From assembly GCA_000320545.1 (NCBI GenBank), contig ADNK01001814.1, positions 61,076 to 125,075 of the forward strand: a stretch of DNA of 64,000 bases, in the 5' to 3' direction. The stretch is from Bigelowiella natans CCMP2755 (taxonomy: Eukaryota; Protista; Cercozoa). The stretch's first letter is position 1. Each line of letters starts with the position of its first letter. Positions 36,950 to 49,131 of this stretch are shown here, piece after piece. The notes beneath the pieces are model-generated. The model did not search any database and was not told where the DNA came from. It saw nothing but the letters and a program-made list of their open reading frames with translations. The translations under genes and the position numbers were made by a program.

Positions 36950-38336
36950 TTAGATGTCCGGAGGAAGGGGCTCCGGTGTTGTTTCAACTATGAGTTTATG
37001 TTCCTTATCGTAAATGACAGATTCCCCCACAGGGTTGTCGTATATACTCTTGCCACGCGTCTTGTCGAATGGGTTGTCGTATATATCCGCCGGCCTACAG
37101 GTGATGAAATAAGCAGTGGTAAGTCATAAGCAACTCCAAGGAATCCGCAACATGTGTAGCGATTTCCCTGACAGATGCTCTAATAATCAAGTTATTTTGA
37201 GTCTTCTTTTCATAGAATATCGTGGTTGGTCGCATGAGGTCGCTGTCCCTCTTAACACAACTGTTTCCTTCAGAAATTGAGTTCGGTTCAAAGATTTGCA
37301 CTACCGATATTTCTCGTAGGGACTTTTGTAAATGTCGACTCCTGGTGGCCTTAAGTCGTTGCTATAAATATCCCTGCACGAATTGACGTGAATGGAAATC
37401 AACAAATGGATTATCACCAGCAAATCTCCCTCCCTCTCTCTCCCCCTCTCTCTCTGTGTGTGTTTGTGTGTGTGTGTGTGTGTATTGTGCGTGCTAATTA
37501 CTGCCCCTTCATCTTAGAAATCTACCATCGTAACAGTTACGAAAGTGGCATGGACATTGGCCAAAATGATGACAATGTTCATGCTGGGGATCCGGCGGCT
37601 ACTACCCTCTTTCTCGCTCGCCAGGGTTCGAATAAATATCCTTCGTTACCGACAGGCTCCTGAAGATCGGAGATGATGAATAGACTGTGCTGTTTAATTT
37701 TGAGATAGAATGATACCCGTCATAGATATCCGGCTGGCCTTTTGCTAGAGGGCGTTCGTATATTGCTTTCTCGAAGCCCGTGGGTTCTCGCTTCTGTTCT
37801 GGCTCAGGCTTTGGCCTTGCTCGCACCACTGGTGTTGCTGATAACATAAGGCGCATTGATTCAGTAAAATCAGAAACATATACACGAAGTTTTGGGTTAA
37901 ATTCCATGAGCATCTGTCTGATAAATGAAGAGAGAAAAACTACGCACCTGTTGTGTGCTTTGCCTTCGCATCTGCTGCGGACCTTGATGAGATCACACCG
38001 ATTACTTGGCCCTCCGCAATTCGCGGTGTGTCGGGGGGAGAAGCTCGTGAGATTGAGTACTCAGACACAACTATTGTATCGCTGCAAGAGTGCAGGTTAG
38101 GCGACATGGTTCGACAAGAATCAAAGATCGATCGTGTAACACCTTCCGTTTATGCCTGTGTTGCTCTTACTGAGTGTCGGATATAACCTGTTACAAGGGG
38201 AAAAGCTTATTCAACCTTCATATATCTCCTTCTTCCTTTCTTTCTCTCCAAATCTTTCCATGAGATGATGGAAAAAGACAATTTATAACCCGTCGCCTTC
38301 CTCCTTCGTATGTTTGGTATCCTTTAACGAAACCAT
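36950..38336 (-). CDS. Hypothetical low-complexity protein with repeated IYxxP motifs (multi-exon)
   Basis: ATG at 38336 (MVSLKDTKHTKEEGDG). Exons contain AIYERP, DIYDG, DIYSNP, DIYSND, DIYKSP, DIYDNP, SIYDNP and VIYDK. Stop TAA at 36952-36950. Confidence 0.6.
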
Positions 38337-38999
38337 TTCGTACCTACAAAGATTGGTACATATGAGTGGCCTTTGGCATTCGAAATAAATCGCGAAGAAA
38401 ATGTTACCCCCTGGCCTGGGGTGCATCCACAATCCTGTGGTACATCCCCGTTAAGGGGTTGGTGTTGTGGTTCTTCCTCATTTTTGTCAGGGGACGCATG
38501 GCACGATAGGCATTTCTTGCTCTGTAATTCTCTTGTACGACATCATTGCATCCTTGTCGCTATGTATAATTCTCATTCACAATTCTTGCCGAGTAATTAT
38601 CTTGAACGACATCATGCTATTATTGTCGCTGTGTATAATCATCCTTCACATTTGCATGTGTAAGATTGCAGCAGTTTCGAAAGACATGTTTGTCGTAGAT
38701 TTGAACGAATCGTTTTTTTTGAAGATGTTCTCATTCTTCTGTATTTGTTCCCAAATTTATGAGCGGAATGTCGATAGGTAAACGTGGAAAGGAAGGCCGA
38801 TTTTAGTTCTTGAAAGACCATTCTACGATGGTAAATCATCATCGTTTGAGAAAGACTGTTGTTAGGATTGTGTTCCCAGGAGAGCGAGCCAATTTCCCAG
38901 AGTTCTTGCATCTTTTTGGTTAATTCGAGCATAAAACGTAGGCGATTTTCCATTTCGACGTCGCCCATTCCGCCGCCAAAAGTTCAGCGTCCGTTGGCC

Positions 39000-40959
39000 A
39001 TGTCGGGGGGGGAAACCCAAGCCATCATCGTTTCTGTGAGGTGGGCCAAATGGACCTGGCGAGAATTTACCGACTTGGACGGTGCTGAAGAATATTGGAG
39101 GAGCCTCTCCCCACTTTGTTCTTCCATTTTCTTTGCCAAAAACAAATCTTCATGGTACACACTTAATGAGTATGGGACAACGAGGGCCAAGGCGGACATT
39201 CAAGAATATTTTGCTACACGTATTCGGAACAGTAGCGCTCCTCTGTCATTAAAGGTCCTTCTAAATTTGCTCATGCAGACGTATTATTCACAGTATTGAT
39301 CCACAGGATCGGAAAAGGTTTCTGCTGGCCTCCAAGTGTCCACACCAGGACGCGAGGTTAGGATGGTACATGAGCAACGACAATCTTCTCTCGGATTATG
39401 GACGTCTCAGCCGTCGAGTGACTGCACTGGTCTTTGAACTCCAAATTGAAAAGAAGTGTTGGGTCGAGACGAAGAGTTACGGCCTCTCTGCAAGCAAAGA
39501 TGCTCTTAGAGAGCAGGTCCACGCCGCACTGAAGACTTTCGATAAACTTAACGACGTCTACAAAGCAGAAACCTCGCGAGCGATGAAATGTCTATTGTTC
39601 GGCTCTAGTATTCTAAACGGGATCCCAATTGTTGGGCATGTGAAGGGCGCTGTCCACTACGCTATCGGGGACGTGGAGGGAGCAAGGCAAGCAGAGAAGC
39701 AGGCAACTAGAACTGTAGCTGTAGTTGCCGCTGGAGGAGCTGGCGTTGCTGCAGGCCCGGGCGGGGCAATGGCAGCTGCTGCTGCGGCAGGCACAGCCTT
39801 TGACGCTGCTACTACAGCTATCAAGTCACACCGTGAAGGAAAGTATGCACCTGATGGGAATTTGGTAAACGTCAAGGAAGTCCTCGACGCAAAAACAGGA
39901 AGGGAAAAGGCAAAAGCGGTAGCTTACTTGGCACTAGGTGTTGGAAGTGACGCCGTGACAGGCCTAATCGCGGGAAAAACTAAACTTCGCGCCAGGGAGC
40001 TCGGTGAGGTTCCACTACGCAAGGACGGGATTACACCTGATCGTCGCTTCAACGCAACGAAGGAAGCATTCAAGGGGGGGAAAATGCCCAATATAAATAA
40101 AGCGAAGGCAGCCAACATAAAAAAGGGAGCAATTGGCCAGATATTAACGAAAATTGGCGACAGTGCTAACAAGGTTGCAATTACCTTGTTAATGACCTCA
40201 TTCATTACCGCACATGCTGTCGCAACATCATGGAAAAATGAGTTGAAAAGAGTCGACTCTACCGAAGGCGAAAATCCCGAGGACCAGCCAAGGATGTGGA
40301 AAATTGCTGCCAATGCTGCAGCTGCAGCCTATGAAGACGTCAAAAGAGACCTTACGGAGCACCTGGTCTGTGTCAAAAAAACGAAGACCTATACTGTGTG
40401 GGCTAATTCTAAAATGAAAAGAGCAATTATCTCTTTTCGTGGTACTGTACCCACCGATTGGAACGACTTAGTACATGACTTCTACATTGCGGTTAACTCC
40501 GAGCACGCTTGTGCACGTTTTCAAGGAAGAGAAGTGTTCAACTGGATTAAAGAGAAATATGCGAACTATGAAGTAATTGTTGTTGGACATTCTCTCGGCG
40601 GGAAAATTGCCCTGCTTTCAGGTTTAGTGCATTCAGAGACTGTGAAAACTGTTTACACTTTTAATGAAGGCTCGACAGCATCCCCATTTCATAGCGAGTA
40701 CATTTCAAAGCGGTTGCATTCAACAATGGAACGAGTAATGAATGGCATCCATCCTTCCATCTTGGATGCATTCGTAAGGAACAAGCTCTTTTCAGCACAC
40801 GTGCCAGGAGATGTAATATCGGCATCGGCTACTGAAGGCGGGAGGCATGTTGAAATACGCAATTGCCATAGTGTTCCTGGTCCCAAAATAATGTGGCGAA
40901 GTTTGCATAAGTCTTATCTTGCACACAGCATGGACAACTTCACTACGGCGACTCACTAA
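39000..40959 (+). CDS. Class-3 lipase (alpha/beta hydrolase) fusion protein; exons 39000-39254 and 39307-40959
   Basis: ISFRGT, DLVHD, VVGHSLGG nucleophile motif, GDVIS (Asp) and AHSMDNF (His). A GT-AG intron at 39255-39306 joins the upstream ORF in frame. Gly/Ala-rich hydrophobic segment upstream of the lipase domain. Confidence 0.85.
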
Positions 40960-40979
40960 CAAAACGCTCTAACGAAGGC

Positions 40980-42965
40980 AACGTCAGTATGAACATGGCG
41001 AATGGCACAGACTGTAAGACATGTGACATTCACAGTGTTGAAATCACTCAAGACGGGGTCTATCTAGAGCCAACACGGAAACAACTAGACAAGCATACCC
41101 AGGTGCATGTGCCACTCCATCTTTCTTCTATGCTTGGCATTCGAAGCAGGATGGGTGTCTAGCTAGAAACTTGTTGTCATTGTAGACAACATGACCTGAC
41201 ACATGCAAAGTAGACAATGTGATGTGGTGCGTGCAACACACACAACGCTAGAACGTTCCTGTCTAGCTGTGTGCACAACGTTAGTCGTAATCTGTCTATC
41301 ACTAGCTAGCTAGATCACACTGCGCTGAGTGTGGCATGTGCGCATGACAATCATGCATGCGTAACCCATCTTCACTGCGCTTTTGTTGCTTTTGGGTTTG
41401 ATGTCATGCTTCATTTGCATTCATGAATTGCAATTGCGAGCAATTGTGAGCCACACACACATGACATTTGTGACAATGATCAAAAGACACTTCTAGACTT
41501 GAGCGGAAAAACACCTCAACGCCATGTGAGTTCCCAAAGCTGCAAGTTTTCTGAGCGGGTGCTCACTGGCGTGCATTTGTGCGCCATGCCAGACAGATCC
41601 ATCATCGCATCGTTTGCATGCCACACGCACGCAAGCGTTAGCACCAACGAAACAAGTTCCGAACCTGTCCCACATCGTCGCGAAGTCTTCATTGTCCGCT
41701 GTCAAGCTTTCAAGCGATTTTTCCGTGTGTTGTCACTCTGGCACTGCCCAATCACTTCCTGGTCAAGTGTGGCTGAAGACGACCACATGGCGGCCTAGCA
41801 GTTGCAAATCAACATCACCACTTCTAGGCTTGCACATCATCGCGAGATCAACACACAGAATCTCAGCGTTCACAGAGAACCACGAGAAAAATCAGACCTA
41901 GAAGGTTCTTGGCTGCGTCAATCACCGAGCTCCTGTTCCCTGCGATGTCGAGCATCTGACAATGTGTGCCTTTTTTGGTCCCGAGAGAAGCAACGAAGCC
42001 GACCCCTTCTGGCCTTGCTGGAGTGACGAAACCCAACGTCTGTCTTAGCTGGAGAGGAGCAGGGCGGCGATGGCATGCTCGTGCATCGTGGCATCAAGAA
42101 CATCAATGCTGCTGCGTGTGCTGCTCCTGTCCGTCGCACAAATCAAGTCCAATGCAGAGCGATTCCGCAGCATGCTTTCTGCTCATCAGAAACAAAAACG
42201 AGATGCAACCATGTCAGCTGGAACGACCGAAAACCCGTGCGCTGAGCCATCTTCTTCGCGATCTCCAAGGTCCTCTTGCTAGCCAGGCACACGACTCCGT
42301 TGACCCTTCCTCCTCCGGTATGCACGCAGAACTGCGAACAATGAACAATGAACAAAGCGTTGATCAAAAACCACGTGCGCCAGAACCACATGGGAGACAG
42401 CTAGACAGGCATTTGCACGGAGCAGAGCAGCAGAGCCTCAACAACACTCGTTGCAAGGACTTGTCAGCACCCTGTTGGTGAAGAGACACAAAAAATCAGC
42501 TGCAACCCATCAGAGGCACACTCCAAGGCTGCGTGAAGGGATGAGAACACCATGGCCACTCATCTGAAATGCCGGAGACGGAACAAGGGATGAAATTGGC
42601 ATGGATGCCCATTGATGGTGCCGTTGCAATGTGAATTGATTGGAACTAAAGCTGGCATCTTGGATGCCGAACAGCAGCAAAATTGTCAAGCAGGACATTG
42701 GTTCGACGGAAAGCCCTGTCGATTTCTTTGTCAGTCGAAGGGACACCAGACGTGGCCCCCAAAGCAAGGCAGAACTTGTCATGAGAAGACATGGCTGAGA
42801 AAGCACGCAACGTGACAACATCATCATGCGAATGAACAATGAACAATGAATGAACCATTGATCAAATCTGCATGTGCCAGAACCACATGGGAGACAGGCA
42901 CATGCATGTAGCAGAGCCTCAACAATGATCATTGCGAATTCCAATGCTGCACGCAGACCGAAGAC
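40980..42965. other. TpA-depleted intergenic tract E
   Basis: Manual count over 41400-42960 (1560 bp): 11 TA, of which 6 are CTAG, 4 are CTA/TAG half sites and 1 is another context. Confidence 0.9.
42333..42925 (+). repeat. Imperfect ~100-bp direct repeat (42333-42444 and 42827-42925), each copy headed by (AATGAAC)n
   Basis: Exact 21-bp core ccagaaccacatgggagacag at 42380 and 42877, plus shared ttgatcaaa and agcagagcctcaacaa. Confidence 0.85.
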
Positions 42966-43293
42966 ACGATCCGTGTACTCTTGAGTTGTTGAAATGGTAG
43001 AGGAAACGATCATCGCGACATGAACTACAAACATCATTTAAGATGCAAATCCGCTGTGTCGCCGTTTTGGATATTTGCACTACGACAAGAGCCTCACCGC
43101 GTTTCTCATTGACGCACCCATTCAAACCCTGTTCGATTTTCGATCCATGAGAAATTCAGAGTTTTTTTAAGAATGCAGAACCGAATTCGGTGTCGTCGTT
43201 TAGAATACTCTTCGAGTGTATGTAGAAAGAATAATTACGATGTTTTCGGTATGACTATTTGCGCTTCGCTGCGGACAGTTTGTGTTGCTCACA

Positions 43294-44605
43294 ATGGCGT
43301 CAGGCTCGAGGAGAAACCTCCCAGGTACGAAGAGGGCAGGACTCTTTGCCTGGGACGGGAAGGCGGAAGGCAAGAGCAGCGGCCCCGATGATTTTAAGCA
43401 TTCAGGACAATACAGCGTGCAGGAATATATACAGGTTAATCGTCAATTGTTTGGATGGAAGTAGTGTGCAACAAGGGCCTTCGGTGTCCATACAACTAGA
43501 CTACTTGATTCTGCCTTTTACTATCAATTCGTACCATATTCCTCATTGTGATTCACGAAAAAATACTATCCACTCAAATTCATATACCTATACATTATAG
43601 ACCTGAGTAATTTGATTGCTCCACATCATTGTTCAATTAATTGACGCATATATCTTGCCCTGGTGCTGCCTCTTGCGCTATGATGACCCCAGCAAAGATT
43701 AAGAATGAATAAATTTCACAACCTCTCCTTCTATTTCATAGGCTTTGATCAGGGCTGATCCATCGAATGTGGAAAAGATTTGCTCCTGTCCTGATTCTGT
43801 GCATCCTGATGAGTGGCTCTATGAGCATCTCAGGCAATTTATGACAGAGCTCAACGTCTTGATCGTGCAGCTTAGTCCTAATTGCGACAGTACTACATTC
43901 CCAAAAATGACTGCCGGGTATTATTGTGAAAGCAGTGGAGAGATGTACGCGACGTCATTTCCCATTGGAAGAGAAATGTCAAGCCTCTCGCCATTTTTTT
44001 TTCTCTGAGTTCGCAATTTGCCTTGCCCATATTATTGACTAAAACGGTCTGCACTGCAAGCTATTCTTCGCAGCCAATACCATGTTTCGTATTTACAATG
44101 TCTTTAAATTCCATCGTTTTTGCTTGGATGAAAGCATGTATAATGTTTGCCCTGATGCCTTGTTACGAACCCACACCGAATAGTTGAGAGATTGGAGGTA
44201 CAGAGAGGTAGAGATCCACGGTTATTGACTGTCGTTGCAGCATCCTCACACGTTTGTTTCTCTGGTTTTTTATAAAGGGAGGCATGCGAATTCCTATCCG
44301 CTTGCGATGGGGAGCCTAAAATGGTCTCGGCCATCGACTATTGCTGTCACAACCTGGACTTCTACATCGCAGCACTTAACCGTAATAAAAACTTTCCGCG
44401 CCCCCACCATGGCGCCCTCCCAAAGAAAGCTAGTAAGGAGATGAAAGAGGCAACAAAACGGCTTTACCGAGTTATGGCCCATGCTTATTATCATCACAAG
44501 GATTTCTTCGTAAAGTTTGAGGAGCGAACGCACTTGTACCAGCGTCTGGCAGCTTTGAATAAGGGCTACCAGCTAACGCGCTTCACCCCTCCGATCCAAC
44601 TGTAG
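43294..44605 (+). CDS. MOB4: MOB4/phocein (MOB kinase-activator family, STRIPAK component); at least 3 exons
   Basis: RRNLPGTK...SVQEYIQ, ALIRADPSNVEKI...WLYEHLRQFMTELN...PKMTA, and SAIDY...KNFP...RLYRVMAHAYYHH...FEERT match the phocein consensus. Confidence 0.92.
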
Positions 44606-44899
44606 AACAAATAGAAACGATTCACGAGAAAGAGAGTATGTGGACTTAAACCCTCAATATCTATCTAGACATGATGAGATGTTGGATCAATGTCTGACAT
44701 GCATCGCGCACCGCGGTCATCTGTTAAAAGAATTTTTGCACCTTGATTCAACTTAATATCCTTGATCATGTATGCACGTGACGTCGATTCGCCAGAACGA
44801 TGACTGCTTTGCAAGTTGGGCAAGTTGGGAATGAACCGTAACCAAATGACCTCGACGAAGTCAACCACCCACAAACATCGCACCATCAAAGTGCGTGAG

Positions 44900-46458
44900 C
44901 TTGCGCGCACGCCATGAAACATTGGCTACTATTTGCTTGCCTAAACTGAGCACCCTTGCAAGGAGAAGCTAGAGAAGTGTGCTCCTACTATCTAGCTATG
45001 CTAGTATGCTAGCACAGTCTGTCCGATCAACAGAGAACATGAAGGCACAAAAACGTCATAACGTCTCACAATTCTCACAATTGGCATGCAAGGGATGCGC
45101 ATGCATGGATGCTCATGTGGACTTGCAAGTCCCCATCCATGTACGTGCATGTTGTCTGTGACATGTGTGTCGACCACTTCACATGTGAGTCCCCACGTGC
45201 TAGCTAGCTGGCATGGCGGCCATCGATCAATTTTGTCCCCAAGTCCAGTCACGTTCACGCACAGGTTGAGCGCACGGCACGGATGCGCTGCCCCTGCTGG
45301 CAAGTCTTTGCCGCATCTTCATGCAATGCGTCCAAGACGAAATTGTGTCTCGGTGGTCGTGGGAAAAACTTGGTTCAGGCGAACGCAAATGAATCCCCGG
45401 ACAAGCTGTCCTCCAATCTAGCAATGTTGACACAGCGGAGAACGTCGATCGATGTCAGACTAGCAAAGTGAAATGCACAGACAGCTAGACAGCACCAAAC
45501 AAGTGAATGCGAGTGGATGAACGAAGTGTTTCTGAGCAGAAGCGTGCCAGTGAAGCCGCTCATTCGAAGATGGTCGAACGTGTTGACGAAGAGATCTAGA
45601 GATACCCATCTAGCCATGCTAGCATGGTGCTACGGCTAAACGAATGCGACGAACGAGTGCATTTTGTTGACAATGGAGCTGAAAGGATCGCCAGGTTAGC
45701 TAGTTTGTCAGTGTGCCAAGTTGCTACTTGTTCCTCCCCAATCCGCAGAACCACCGTCTACCCGTGTTCGTTTCGCATTCGCCGCAGATGACCTGCTTCA
45801 CTGAGACAGAATGAACAAGCAACAAGAAACAGAAAACGTTGTTGATCGAGTAGGTCCCACAGTTCGAAAGTGTTGCATGCTAGCATGGCACTTGCAAAGT
45901 GCAAAACGCAGTGCCTCGAGCTGAAAACAACACAACAACAACGAGGACTTTGTTCTGGTGTGGAAATTAGCATGATGATGCTAATGCAAAATTTGCGTGC
46001 ATGGAAAGGCACACAGCACAAGTCTGAGAGTTCAGAGCAGAGCGAACGGCGCAGAGCTCAAGCGATGCAACCAGCTAGCAAGCCTGAGTGAATGAAACAT
46101 TGAAACAATGAGAAGTGATTTCCGATGTTTGATCTGAAAGAGCGTGAAAGGATGTTTTTGCATGCTGCTAGCTTTTTGCAACGTTTTGGAAACGTGGTTT
46201 TTGGAAATGTGGTTTTTCGTCATTGTCTTTGTGAGTGAAGCCTGGAAAGTCGGGATGCAAAGAAATGAAGAAAGGAACTTGATGATCGATTGCATTCCCA
46301 AAGTGTTGCATGACACTTGCAATGAACAATGAACAATGAACAAAGCAAAGAACGGAAAGGGAGATCGCGACAAAGGATCGCCCCACACGCTCTTTGAGTC
46401 CAATTTCTCTTGGTTGCACGTGCCGGCGCGGATGAATTGTTCTGTCAGGATCTGCAAG
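44900..46458. other. TpA-depleted intergenic tract F
   Basis: TA is essentially restricted to CTAG/CTA/TAG from ~45150. None found in 46175-46458, and TA resumes abruptly at 46460. Confidence 0.88.
45888..46345. mobile_element. Fragments of the same MITE family as 22648-23020
   Basis: cacttgcaaagtgcaaaacgcagtgcctcgag (45889-45920), ttgcaacgttttggaaa (~46176) and tgcattcccaaagtgttgcatgacacttgca (46291-46321) match the TIR sequence in either orientation. Confidence 0.7.
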
Positions 46459-46698
46459 TTACACGTATTTCGAAACGTTTCCGTCAAAATCGGATTAGAT
46501 CTAACACGGATGTTTCTAGCACGAGACACGAAGGTTCACCTTGTCGCAGATGAGAAACGGGAGTAGTCGCTCCTAGTGCCACAATAAAGCTAGAAATAGA
46601 ACTTAGGGTTTTAACTCTAATCGAGAACGGTGCGCTAGCTCTGTGGCCGCCTTGGTTTGCGCTTGCCCCGCCCCAGATCACCCACCAGTATAGACTAG

Positions 46699-49071
46699 AT
46701 GCTGCTGGTCGTGGTTCTGTTGCTGGGATCCTCCTCTTTGCTGTCAGTTGCTACATTTACTGAGCAACAGGTAATGAAAGACCGCGAGGAAGTGTTCGTG
46801 CCAACCGTTTAATTTAATCTTTGTGATTATCTTAGTCATTTTCCCAGGACTATGCAGTTTCATCGACCCCCAACCATAGGTGATCAGTCAAATTTAAAAT
46901 GAATTCTGCTCTTAGATATCTTAGCATGAGTACGGTTGCAGGCACGTGGAACAAACTAAAGGCTTCGATACGTTTGTGAATGCTTCCGGCGCTCTGGTGG
47001 TATATTTCTCGGCGTGGGACGATTTGACTGTGGTACAACTCTTCCGCCTTATGAAAATCTTTTGATTGATGCTTTTGAAGCAGATATATTCACTAAATTT
47101 GTTTGTACATCTGTTTAGCATGCTGTGTGCGTGTGTATGCATAGGCGTTCGTGTGTGATTGATGTAGGCACCAAAAAAATAGTTACCACTTTTTCCTGCA
47201 TAGTTGAGAAGTACTACCGATTTTGCGTTGATTCAAATCTAGTAATTGCATATAACAGGAAAATAACAAAACTTAAGCTTTTATGAGTCTCGAAATGCTG
47301 TTTGCTGATATTCTTGGCGCACCCGTTATTGTATAGTTTGGCCGATTCACAAGCGGATCGACGATCGATTACGATATTTTGGTAAATCATTCTTCAACAG
47401 GATGGATAGACGGCGCATTGTCTTCTGGTAGTGATGATTCATCTGTAGATTGCAGTGGGATATGGTGGAAGGATGGGGGAAACTGAGTATTTGAGAGGAT
47501 TCTTTGACATTTCTTCACAAGTTTTCACGCTATTCATATGAATGCCTTATATCACACCTTTTTGTTGGTAAGCACGGTTTAACGAACCCAAAGGCATTGC
47601 GATCGATCCTTCCATCAAGGACCGACCTGTTATTTATGCAGCGGAAGAGGTACTTATCATTCTTCATCTTCCATTTTAATCACACTTTCCACCCTCTGTT
47701 CAAAGCTTCACAACTCGCTCTTATAACACGGTGGTGTAGGAGAGATGGAGAGATGGAATAAAAATTAGTTCAGAAATTTAATTATTGCCTCTCACTGCTA
47801 ATGTCGGCTCATCATTAGGGCAACTTTGGCATACGCCGAATCGATGTGTACGCCGGAAACGTAACAACCTTCACAGGAAACGTAAATCTCCTTCAGAATA
47901 TTGTTTTATGCAAAATACTTGCTCTAGAATCTATTGCTTGCGAATCAAATCGTAATAGTACACGGCAGCTGTTCTTTTTGCTCCGTGATGCTGCCTATCA
48001 GCGCGCTAGAGGTTTCAAAACTTTTATAAGTTCGGATTGCTATTACTAAGCTTCGCCCTCACTTCCACGCCCCGAAATACTTTTCAACGCTGAACCCCAT
48101 TTGAGTCATTCCTCGCAATCCTTTGTACACCACAACAATCTTGAGTGTGCAGATGACCTCTTTTTCGTTATGACAGACTGCCTCAGATATCCCAGTCGAT
48201 GGCCCCGTATCGGTTGCAAGATTTGGACGGCCTTTCACGCTACAATTCGATAACTACGGCGGTTCTTTTATTCTTTACGTCAACGAAAAGGTGATAAAAG
48301 AAACAATGCCCTTCATATTAGAGGAGGGTGCAGTGTCCTCTCTATACACTTATGATTAGCGTTGGGCGCGCTCTCTGCCTTTGTGTTTCAAAGAGAATAG
48401 TCCATCAATAATCTATCAAGAAGACCGTATAAAGGAAGGTCGCCGATTCTGTTTTGGCCCCATCTGATTACCCAAGTTGAACTTCGTCCTCCCTGATCTC
48501 GTATCTGTAATAAACCGGTGTGGCACGCAGCCGTGCATCCCAGTCAAGGTCCTCTTTCATCTCACATGTTTCCCTTTCCGCCTCTATCAGAATGACCATG
48601 GGATACGGACGATTGATATGCACACCAAGATTGTGACTTCATTGTTACCCGCATCGCTCACTACTGGCGCTATAGACGGAGATCTTGCCTCCGCACGGTT
48701 TAGCCAGTTGATCAGCAATATCCGTTTATGGCGATTTGGGTCTCAAAAGATGCTATATCTGACTGACACACGTACGTACTGCGAGAGAGCGTCCTATCTA
48801 ATACGTTCGAATTGATCTCGAAAATAGAGCATTTTTCTCTTTTCCTCCGATACAGAGAGTGTATATGCAGAACAGCCAGCGTCAACGTAATGGGCATGAA
48901 TGTCTTCGCAAATACAGAGAATGACAGAGTTCGGGCCATAAATCTGCAAAATAATCAAGTTACAACACTAATCGGAGGGAATTCAGGAACAGGAGACGGT
49001 TGCATCCTCTTAGCTTGAAAAGTGTATAACTCATAAAGAGCTTTGTGTGTGTGTGTGTGTGTGTGTGTGAG

Positions 49072-49131
<60 letters not shown>

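Noticed and set aside
38530-38650. Imperfect ~70-bp tandem duplication between divergent genes
   Set aside because: Two degenerate copies only, with no evidence of function.
41600-42330. Possible reverse transcriptase or transposase relic in tract E
   Set aside because: No RT, integrase or DDE motifs are recognisable even after mentally restoring TA; left unassigned.
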